Shown piece by piece: positions 39,564 to 50,371 of a stretch of DNA of 64,000 nucleotides. The stretch lies in assembly GCF_039654945.1 (NCBI RefSeq), contig NW_027362008.1:4030001-4094000 (forward strand), in the 5' to 3' direction. Source of the stretch: Dendrobates tinctorius (Eukaryota). Position numbers and translations under genes: made by a program. The notes beneath the pieces are model-generated. The model saw only the letters and a list, made by a program, of their open reading frames with translations, ran no database searches and was not told where the DNA came from. Every line of letters starts with the position of its first letter. Position 1 is the first letter of the stretch.

Positions 39564-39943
39564 GGCTGTATGCCCACATTGCGCTTTTTCAGAGTTTCCG
39601 TGGTGATTTTAAACAAGTGATTCTGCCGCTGAAATGCTTAAGAAAATCATTCCATGTTATCATAATTGATTCCGCACATGTTGTGCTAATGGTGCGTATT
39701 TTACTGCTGCGGAATTGCTTAGCGGTAAAAAACACAGCATGTTCATTAATTTTGTGGAATCGCATGCGATTATGCATACATACACTTGTATTGCAAAAGC
39801 GCATAGGAAATCGCATGTTAAAACATATGACAAATGCATCAAAATTGCTAAAATCTTCAAAACTGCATGCGTTTTTCCAGCTAAGGGTGTGCGTTTCTCC
39901 TCAGGAATATTCTACTTCAAAACTGCAATGTGGGCACATAGCC
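39564..39943. mobile_element. Harbinger-like MITE copy
   Basis: Same TIRs, with one extra change in the left TIR. Confidence 0.78.
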
Positions 39944-40348
39944 TGAAAGTGGCTTTTCTATCCTCTAGTCTGAGTAGATGGCTGTAATTTTTCATTCTGA
40001 CGTTTGATCCATCATATGATTTTCACTCTGTTCCAGAGTGAAATTGTATTTTCCTCTTTGGTTGTTTTGTAAAAACTCAACATCAATTTTTACAATTATG
40101 GTTCTTTCATTTGCTCCCTTATATAAATGTATATTTCTCTACTTCTGTACTGTGGCTGCTAAGAAGAATTTACAATATACTGCGTTTGTTCTGCGCAATT
40201 GAAATACATTCTCGCCTTTATGCCATGTGGAATTCACATTCCTGATTTTAGCCATGTATGTCTTCACTTGTAATTCATTTACGTTAATTAGATATGTTAA
40301 TTGTCTTTCACTAGTGTTCAGCATATTAGTGCTTTCTCGAACAATGCC

Positions 40349-40396
40349 TGTTATCATGACTAAGGGTGCTGGGACACCTGAAACGCGTTGATAACA
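40349..40396 (+). ncRNA. Hammerhead-like motif copy
   Basis: Identical to 2970-3017. Confidence 0.62.
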
Positions 40397-41224
40397 CAAT
40401 CTTATGTACCATTCATGCTGATATTTTATCTATTCACATCTGAGTGAATAAAGAATTTGTGTTTTCACTTCTGGATCATGGCTTTTTTGTTACATTAGCC
40501 ATACCTTTCTTTTTTAGGCAATATAGATGTAAAAGTGTTTTTTAAGTATCAGTTATATTTGTCAATACACTTTTTAAGTGGAACTTATTAGCATGATTTT
40601 ATAAGCACTTTTTTGCAAGAGAAATAAAGAAAACAGTAATTTTAACATTTATTTGTAGTTTAAAGTTTGTGTTATCTGATGTGCTGAAAAAATAAAGCAG
40701 TAACTGCATTCAGTAGGTCAGTACTAATATGGTGCTGGTAAATTTGTATAATCTTAATTGTTTTTTATGTTTTGTACAATATACACTTTAAAAAAAAACC
40801 ATTTTTATACTGTTTTACAATTTTTTGTTAGTGGCGTGGTATGAAGATTTATTTTTGCCTGAAAATCTGTAGCTTTTGTTGTTAACAGTTTGTTGTACAT
40901 GCAACTTTTTGATCACTTTTACATTATTTAGGAGGCAAAATGAAAGAAAAACACGTAAATTCTGAATTTGTTTTAATATTTTTTTAAACCCCAGTCACTG
41001 TTGGGTATAACTGTCATGGTATCTTTATTTGGTGGACGATATCATCACCATATTCTCATAAACTTCACTTATTTATTTTTCGGTTTATTGTAGGTGACGC
41101 TGATTGAGGCTTTGTTTTTGGTTATATATGCCTTTCTAGTTATTATTTATCTCATTGTTTTGCTGGGAAGCAGAAACAAACAGCTATGAATTGGAAATAG
41201 TTGTTATTTTTATAGAGTTCGTCC

Positions 41225-41637
41225 AGCAGTATAATTGACATGATCACTTTATTCTGTGTGCTGATATGATTATGTTCATATCTAAGAAAATCACAATACA
41301 TTTTTTATAGCTGTCACATTGTGAGTCAATGCTTTGTATTTTTCTGACTGCAGATCTGTATGAGGACATGTTTTTGGGTAACAAACTAGTTATTTTGGTA
41401 TAGCATCGGGATACATGATTTTTTAATTCAGTTTTTTAGTGAGGTAAGATGAACAAGAATAGCAAGTTTAGCAGTTTCTCACTTTTCCCCTCATACGGCA
41501 TTGATCATGCACAATAAATGATAAGATTGTTTTATAACATGGGTCAGATCAGCAAAATTCAAAATCGCTTAACTGTTTGGATTTTCCCAATTAATTTGAT
41601 TTTCAGAGAAGTTATTCTCCATGAATTGAGTATCGCT
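41225..41637 (+). repeat. Left arm of a ~413-bp inverted repeat bracketing the kinase cassette (uninterrupted in unit 3)
   Basis: Reverse complement of 48335-48748, roughly 90% identical by eye. In the other units this arm is split by CR1-B (e.g. 8934-9314 + 11617-11648). Confidence 0.9.
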
Positions 41638-43245
41638 GATTATGTACTGGAATCTCTCCATGCTGATATTTTATCGTCTTTTCAAATCTGAGTGAACAAA
41701 GAATTTGTTTTTTCACTTCATCGTTAAGCTAGGTCATCTCTTTTTTGGATTTTTTTATGCCAAGACATGGCAGTTCTGTGCTCAGAGCTTCATGATCTAT
41801 TAACGCTGTGAGATGGATTGTTTTATATGTCTAATGTAACGCAACAAGTATAAAAATGTTCTATAGTGAAGGTCAAAACTGGCTCCAGTATGTAACAATA
41901 AAAATGAAATAATGTGAAAACTTTTTTCACTATCTCATAAAGCTAAATTTATAAACCTTTCCAAAAATAAAATGAGATTGGCGTACAAAATCAGCTCATC
42001 AAATAAGGAAATTCTCCCATTACACTAAAAATAAATTTGCAGAAACTGGTACATGACCTGTACCCATAGCGGTGCCATTTACTTGGTGGAAGGGATGAAA
42101 TTAAAAATAAAATCATTTGAGTCAACTAAACATCCAATAATATTTTAAAACAAACCTGTTTTGTGACTAAAAACAGATCTGCTCATCTCTCATCAGTACA
42201 TGGGTGGTAGAGGTTAGCAGTGAAACAATAGAAATTTATTTAGATGCATTTACATTGTTACATGATATGAATACAGTTATGTTAGATCTCTTGTGACTAT
42301 AGGTAAATGTTCTTTACCCAATTTAATAAAAAAATCTACTTACATCCAAATCTTCATTTCACTTGACCAAATAGTGAGATGTTGATGTAATTATCCTTTA
42401 CAGAAACCTCTTGATTATGTCTTCTGCTGACATACTCACACTTTTTAAAGAAATGTTTTTATTCAATATTGGCTCGTTTACCCGTCTTAATCTAAAGTCA
42501 CTGGATGCTTCTATAATTAAATGTAAATAAAAAAAAAGAAGGGGTTACCAGATATGATGATGCTATGCTACTGTGAAGGTAACGTGGCAAATGCATTTCC
42601 AGTAGATGTAAAAACAGTAAATTTCTGAAGATCATAAAAAAATAAACATCAATCAGCTATAAAAAGCTAACACATGTATTACATTCTTCAATATGTTGTA
42701 CACTTGGATGGGATGGCCATGGGGGTGGCATTCACGCCAAATAAGTATCAACACAATATCTCAGTACAATTTTGCACATCTTTAATATTGTATAAAATAT
42801 AGAAAGCCACTTCTACTAGATGTCTAATAGCATGTAAATGAAGACTGTTATAGCTCCCATTTACATGAATTACACACGTATATACAAGATGTATGAAGCA
42901 TGGAACACCTTACTATATTAATAAATAATACAATTGAGCAATTTGAAGCAAACACTGCACTCAGCAGCTATTAATCAGGTAATCATAGCAGTGGCCCTAA
43001 CAATTTCAATACCATGGTCATTGCATATTTTAGAAATTTTGTCTCTTGACTTCATGAAACTATCATGAAATAATACAATGAATAACATTTCTCTCTTTAG
43101 TTTACCTAATTATCAGCACAATGGTGAATAGTATCACAGGGCACCACAGGAAATTTCTATCCCTTTGTGTTGTCCCAAACCAGCATTCTCCCTGGAGAGA
43201 TTTATAAATGTCAGTTTATATGTAAATGGAGACAGTAAGTCTTGG

Positions 43246-43464
43246 CCAATGACAATATCCCACTAATTAACAACCCCCTGCTCTTCCCAGATATAAACTG
43301 TTTCCTCCTCTCAGTGACATCTACTTCACTCCAGGTATTATTTGTGGTCAGAACTGGCCTCTGAGGAGCATCAAGCTGTAGACTTGTTGGTGTATAGGAG
43401 GAGTTCAGCACCGACTATCATCTCTTTCAGTAGCAGTAGACATCTTCAATCTCCATCTACAAAG
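43246..43464 (+). promoter_or_regulatory. Putative kinase promoter and non-coding exon 1, copy 3
   Basis: Copy of 13257-13475. Confidence 0.58.
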
Positions 43465-43685
43465 GTGAATATATGATAAGTATAGCACAGCATATAGTAG
43501 ATGGTATTACTGCAGATCCCTGGGGAATTATGCAATGCTGGAACATTATTACAGTGACTGCACACTATTATACAATTGTGCATTTCTAGTCGCAGTTTAC
43601 ACGAGGTGATTACAGTATGTTATTATGGGTCTCAAAGATGTTTCATGCTTTATTCAATGCCATATCTCATTTCATTTTATTCAGA

Positions 43686-45335
43686 ATGGCCACCAACATC
43701 AAGGAAGCAAGCAAGAACACGGCAAAACACCTTCTTCATCTGATATCAGAAACTTCCAAGAACCTGAAGATGATGGAAGTGACTGACCACTTTGAACTTT
43801 TGCTAGAACTTGGGACTGGATCTTTTGGAAATGTACACATGGGAAAACACAAACATTCAGGTGAGATGATGATGATGGATGATGACTATGAAGATGACTG
43901 AGCCATCAGGGTGGTTTTAGATGAATGTGAAAGATGAAATTGAAATCTGCTTGTACCCTGACAAACTGTACTTGTTAACAATCATTAAGTATGACCCTAG
44001 TTGTATCCTATCTACAACGTGTCATTAGTATTCTGCACCACTACCCTCTAGTCTTATGAATGCTCCTGTGTAAAGTGATTGATCAGGTTGTTTATATGGT
44101 TTTAAAAGTGTTATGGAATATGATGAGGATGAACATTAACAATTATAATGTTTATTCAACAGGACAGACCGTGGCAATTAAAATGATGGCAAAGAAGAAG
44201 ACTCCAGAAGACAACTTCTTTCTGGAATATTGCATTTCACAAACCCTCAGCATCCATCGGAACATCATATTTACTCACGACATCTTCTTCCATACCAGTA
44301 GGGATTTTGTGTTTGTTCAGGAAGTGGCACCGGCTGGAAATCTCCAGTCCATCCTTGTACCTAAAGTAAGATCTTAAGCTGTTCTCCACTTTTACATATT
44401 CAAGCATTATTCATACTGCTGAAGAAAAAAATTAGTGGTCTTTATTGTAGATCTGACATCTAACATTACCCTATTTCCTCAGATTTAATAAACTCATATT
44501 TCTGTAAGTAGCAGTATGGGACCCCCATAATTAGGCAGGTTTTGGTTGTATGAGTATGTGTGAGCTAGTAACATCCTCTATGTGAGAGATATTTAATTTT
44601 TAGTGGAAATCTCACATTATAGAGGATATCTGATTAATAGCAGAGTAGAACTGATGTCTGCAGGAATTATATCTACTAGTAGAAGATATCTATAAGTCTT
44701 CTGTTCTTTTATATCAGATATGTTTTCCCTTCTGCTGTTCAGCTGTGTAATCTTCTGTGTTGTCTTTTTCTTAGGTCGGCATGCAGGAGGACATGTTGAA
44801 GCGTTGTGTTCCTCAGATCGCCAGTGCTCTGGACTTTATGCATAACAGAGGAATGGTTCATCGGGATATCAAGCCGAATAATATTCTTCTGATGGATGCA
44901 GAATGTCACTGGATAAAGCTGGCAGACTTTGGACTCACCAGGCTCCAGGGCACATTTGTTCCTTTTGTGCCCTGGTATAAACCCTACACTGCTCCAGAGC
45001 TCTGCTGCCTTAGACCAGGAGAACAGTTGTTGCTACATCCTAGTCTTGATGTCTGGGCTTTTGGTGTAGTCATTTATTATGCTCTTTCTGGACTCTTTCC
45101 TTGGCATGGGGCAAAACGCGGTGATCGAGATTATAAAGAGTTTGCCTGGTGGCAGGTTGGAAGGGATCTGTCAAAAGCTCCAAAAAAGTGGAAGAAAATT
45201 TCAGTGGAGGCCAGAGTAATGTTCTGGGAACTGCTTCAAATAAATGCCTCTAAGAGAGGCTCGGCCATTGACATTCTAAAATGTATGCACTTGCCATGGA
45301 AAGCCGAGGAATGTTCAGAGACCGAAGCAACCTGA
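43686..45335 (+). CDS. SBK1-like serine/threonine kinase, copy 3, 312 aa, intact (F296C)
   Basis: Exons 43686-43860, 44163-44365 and 44775-45335. Splice sites are conserved. TTT>TGT at 45282-45284. Confidence 0.92.
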
Positions 45336-45426
45336 TATGTTGAATCTATGACAAACTGCAATATGATATTTGTTTTTTTAATCAATAATGTCTACAAAGC
45401 AGACTGTGAACTATTGTAAATAGCTC

Positions 45427-45440
45427 AATAAATGAATAAA
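45427..45440 (+). terminator. Tandem AATAAA signals, kinase copy 3
   Basis: Same as copy 1. Confidence 0.62.
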
Positions 45441-46456
45441 ACAGACTTGAATCTTACTAAAGTTTGTCTCGAGAAAAACAGAAAAAAATATAGAAGTTAC
45501 GGGTATACGAACATGGGACACTCCCAAAACATTTTTTAAGTCAGTTTTTTTCATAAAAGTAACAAAACATAAAAAGTGATATAGAAAAGGAATTGTCATG
45601 GTATTGCTATTCACATTCTACATATTTCATATTGACATGCTTTAGCACTACAGAGTGCATCTTTTTTGTTTATTGAAAATGAAGGTAACTGCACCTAGTT
45701 GGCTCCTGTTCACATTAGCTTGGAAGTGCCAGTCTTTTTGTCACTAAAAAAATAATACTGGTACTTTATTACCAAATTCGATAAATATGCTGAGCCTCCA
45801 TCTTGCTATTTGCACTGGATATTATGCCCATTGGTTAAGAAAACTCCCTTGGTTATACAGGACTCAAGATTTTTTACAAATACAGGATGATTTTGATTGA
45901 CAAGAATTATTGCAGCTGGTGACAATCCTTGTGCTTTTGCTTTGCACACAATTCCTTTCAATTTGCAGGACCCTGGTATAACCAGGCAGCTGATACAGCA
46001 ATGGATTCACCAGTTGCCGTGACTTGTATACTGTATATATTTTTTGGAGAAAGATACTTAATTTGAACAATCCATTTCTATTACATATCAAATTATTCTT
46101 ACAATTTAAAGACAATATTCTTATAGTAAGAAGAGATGTGTCTTTTACTTTTTGGAAAGCATGCAGTAAAAAATAAAATCATTATGAGTCAGCACAAATT
46201 CTAATAATTTGAAAACAAAACTCTTGAGTGACTGAATATGATTGTGCTTTGTGCTCAAAAATATTTTACTGCCTGAGTTCCCAATTCATAACAGATTCTG
46301 GTATAAAATGTCTCAATGTAAAGTCTCACTATTATTCTTGTGGGTGGCCAGGACTTCCAGCATCACCAGACCTCTGACTTCACTGTGCCTTTGTTGGGAA
46401 AAAACTTGGCACTCATAGTAAAATCAGAGGATTTTATATTTGAATTTATTTAACAT

Positions 46457-47480
46457 TGTCGGAGAAGAGATTTCTATTTCTACTTGGGTAGTTTCTGTCT
46501 TATGGGTACCTATGCAATGAAGCATAATGAGAGAGACAGACTGCTCGCTGTGTTTCCAAATCGTCTCTAAGGTTTATTGACAGTGTGAACTTTTATAGAA
46601 CAAGATCAAAAAGAAATGAAGAATACATAAGAATTGGCAAAATAGAAAGGGAGGTTACACAATCGTTGACATAAAAAGATAGGTTATACAATGAGTTGTC
46701 AACCACATCCTCGGACACAAGATAAAATTAAATGAAAAATGACAGGAATACAGGGGTGCTTTCCAAAAGTCAATGTGCTCTAAGTTAATAGTCATGAGTT
46801 CATATTCAAAAGATATTTTTCTAAAAAGATGTTAGAACATTTCACCTCAAAAGGGAAGAGAATGCATGTCCTTCAGATTTTCTGGGAATTGTAGGAACTG
46901 ACCATTAGCCATAGGACTGTGACCACATAGACAGATGATAACTGGATGTCACGACTAGTGACGAGTTCGCTGCCGAGCCAACACCTCCACGTCGACGACC
47001 ACGACGATGTGGGGTGAGCGTCCCAAGTGGGGATGGAATGTGGACCCACTGGACCACAGGGGGGACCCAGGCCTACCCAGACTAGGGAAGAGTAGCGACC
47101 GGGGTCTGTGGCAGCTGAGCATGTGGACGAGGAGGCAGAATGACATGACACCGCACACTTCAGGTATAGACATAAAGTTTACTTGAACAAGACATGGTAC
47201 ATAAACGAAACAGTTATGCAAGGCTCCCGGTTCCGCACATCAGGGAAGGGTACATGTCTCAGGATAACAGAAGAAAGGCAGGAGGTCATTACGGGTTGAG
47301 CAGTCCAGGGTTGTCTGGCATGGGTATACTAGGGCGGCCTCTTCCTCAGTCCTCAGGGGTAGCAAAGGGTCACCAGGAGAATATCAGACACCGACCACAA
47401 ACAGACTTCAGAAAATGGCAGGCATTGTCTGACATTTCAATCACATCCATACACGCAGTACTTCTGTATTCTCCCGCTAC
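46457..47480 (-). mobile_element. Putative solo LTR copy
   Basis: Copy of 16468-17491. Confidence 0.5.
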
Positions 47481-47818
47481 CCGTATTTTATCAAAAAAGC
47501 TCTAATGCCAATGGACAAAAACATAAATCTTATCTATTTATAGAAACTCTTGGTTGGTTCACTATATCCTCTAATTAGTGTCCTATCTGAGTACCCGGTT
47601 GCATACAAAAAAATTGAGCAATTATATTCACATATTGTCTTCACGTGATTTTCCCACTTCATTACAAACTCCCACCCGGTTCCTTCCATTAGGTTTTTCC
47701 AAGGAGCAACTAACCAGAGAGTTTTATCTTAATCGCTGCTTTGAGCAACAAAAAGGCTGTTTATACACTGAGCACACATCATTTAGTCTCCATACATCAA
47801 CAGAGCTGCTTTACAGTA

Positions 47819-48318
47819 GTACGAAATGAATATGTTGAAGTGTATTTTCCTGGGCCCAACCAGTATGTGGGTACCAAGGTGTAATGGGGTGCATAGGACT
47901 ATGCAGCAGGGCAGACATTGCTGTCACTCTGTAAACAAAAGAGTAGGGGAGAACCGTATGAATATGGTGAAGTGTATTTTTTTCCTGGGCCCATCCAGTA
48001 TGTGGGTTCCAAGTGTGTAATGGGGTGCATATGACTATGGTATGAATCTCGGAAAAAAATATTTAAAGCTGTGAACTAGGAGTCAGGAATGCTTCCAGGG
48101 GCGATCCCCATGAATTCCCCATTTCATTTGAGCAGTGTTTAAATCATTTTCAGATGTTTCTAGACCTTAAAATGACCCCCTTGGGGGATCACAGCAAAAA
48201 TGCTCGGGTTTCCCATAGACTTATATTGGGCTCGTTGTTCTGTCCGAGTACCCAAGTATTACAATTTGCTCGACCCGAACAACGAGTGCCCAAGCATTTT
48301 AGTGCTCGCTCATCACTA
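47819..48318. mobile_element. hAT-like end, copy 3
   Basis: Copy of 17830-18329. Confidence 0.5.
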
Positions 48319-48334
48319 ATCCCAGTACTTAAAA

Positions 48335-48748
48335 AGCGATACTCAATTCATGGAGAATAACTTCTCTGAAATTCAAATTAATTGGGAAAATCCAAACGGT
48401 TAAGCGATTTTGAATTTTGCTGATCTGACCCATGTTATAAAACAATCTTATCATATATTGTGCACGATGAATGCCGCATGAAGGGAAAAGTGAAAAACTG
48501 CTAAACTTGCTATTCTTGTTCATCTTACCTCACTAAAAAATTGAATTAAAAAAATCATGTATCCCAACGCTGTACCAAAACAACTAGTTTTGTACCCAAA
48601 AACATGTCCTCATGCAGATCTGCATTCAGAAAAATAAAAAGCAATGACTCTCAATATGACAGCTATAAAAAACATATTGTGATTTTCTTGGGTATGAACA
48701 TAATCATGTCAGCACACAGAATAAAGTGAACAAGTCAATTATACTGCT
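48335..48748 (-). repeat. Right arm of the ~413-bp inverted repeat, unit 3
   Basis: agcgatactcaattcatggagaataacttctctga...gtcaattatactgct is the reverse complement of 41225-41637. Confidence 0.9.
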
Positions 48749-49914
48749 TACGTTTGAAAATCCACCAGGCTTCCCTATTTTGTAATGTAACCTCCGTATC
48801 ACCCCCTCTGATGGGTGTGTGTATTTTTTCAATTGCATACACCAGAAGTGTTTTCAGGTCATCTTTATGACATTCAATAAAATGTTTTGACACCTGAGAT
48901 GTGTTCCTTTCCATGTTAATATTCTCTGTGTCATAGATGTGTTCCCCAATTCTTTTCTTCAGCTTGCGTTTTGTGCTTCCAACATGTTTTAGATGGCAGA
49001 AGGTGCACTCCATAATATATACCAAGGTTTTAGTGCTACAATTGATAAAGGTTTTAGTAGCAAAATTCTTGCTTTCACTAGAATCTCCAAAGCTAGAGCT
49101 CTCTTTAGTGTATTTACAGGACTTAGCGCCACACTTATAAAAACCCTTGGTTTTCTGCCAATTTGTGGATTGAATTTGAGACATATTCAAAAAACTTGGC
49201 AAAAGGCTCTGACCTAAAGATGGTGCTCTCCTAGAGTCTATTCTAAATCCTTTCCCTATAATACTATCTATATCTGGATCCTCTTTTAATACAGATAAAT
49301 TATTTTGAATAATTCGTTCAATAGAGGCAAACTGGTTACTACACTGCGAGACCAATGTTACAGGAGTGACTGAATGTTCATGTGTGTTACACTTAGGTTT
49401 GAATCGCGGTTTTTGAGCCACAATGTTTTCAGCTTTGCTTAAACTCCATTGGGTATAACCCCTTTGGGTCAATCGCTGCTTAATGTTAGAAACTTCCTGT
49501 TGATAATCTGTATTTGTGCTACAATTGCATTTAGCTCTTGTCATCTCCCCAACAGGTATACTTTTAATTGTATGTTTAGGATGATGGCTTTTTCCATGGA
49601 GTATAGCATTGCCTGCTGTGTTCTTTCTAAATTTTTGTGTTACTACAGGTTTACCTGAAATTCCTTGTAAAATCAAATAAAAAAAATCAATGCATGAAAT
49701 TTTATGGCGGACCACAAATTTTAAATTCAAGGGATTGCAATTAATATAAAAATTAAAATCCTGTATGGCAGATACATCAGAATTCCAGATGATAATGATA
49801 TCATCTATGTATCTGCCTTACCAATAGACACAATCTTTAAATGGATTATTTACAGTATAAATATACAGCTCTTCCCACCAGCTCATTACCAAGTGAAATT
49901 AGCAAGTGAAGTTG
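48749..49914 (-). mobile_element. Decayed Penelope-like RT/GIY-YIG fragment, copy 3 (331-aa open frame)
   Basis: ORF 48735-49730. Has CGA where the other copies have TGA. Confidence 0.88.
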
Positions 49915-50371
49915 TCAAGCGATCCACTATATGACCAAGATGAAAATCTTTCTTTGCAATTGCGGCTTGTTCCCAGTCAACTTACGTGCATCGTTATATT
50001 TTACTTTTGGTTATGTGTGTTTTTCCATGCGTTATTCATCCTGTTTTGAATGTGAATGTTTTTTCTTTGTCATCTAGGAATATTTAACACCATCCACTAT
50101 ATGATTAAGATATAAAGTATTTTTCGCAATTGCGGCTTGTTCCTCGCTAGTTTATGTGGATTGTTATGCAGGAGCATATTGCTATCTGTGTTTTTTTATG
50201 CGATGTAGATCTGGTTTTGAATTAAATTGTTTTCATTTTTGCTTTCACCTAGGTACTTTTACCCTCCTCCGCTGAAATTGTGTTTTTAGATCTGTGTCTC
50301 TGACTATTACTCTATGACACTCAGTGTATGATAGAAAGAAATGTATTTTTCTTCTTTCTATGATTGTTATT

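Larger units (their letters stand above)
36527..50371. repeat. Tandem segmental-duplication unit 3 (13,845 bp; lacks CR1-B)
   Basis: Same content as the other units but with an empty CR1-B site at 41598-41605. Confidence 0.95.

Noticed and set aside
41225-48748. Inverted arms as TIRs of an autonomous DNA transposon carrying the kinase
   Set aside because: No transposase and no TSD at the outer ends. The outer ends merge into a longer repeat tract and a truncated Penelope ORF. Kept only as an unexplained inverted repeat.
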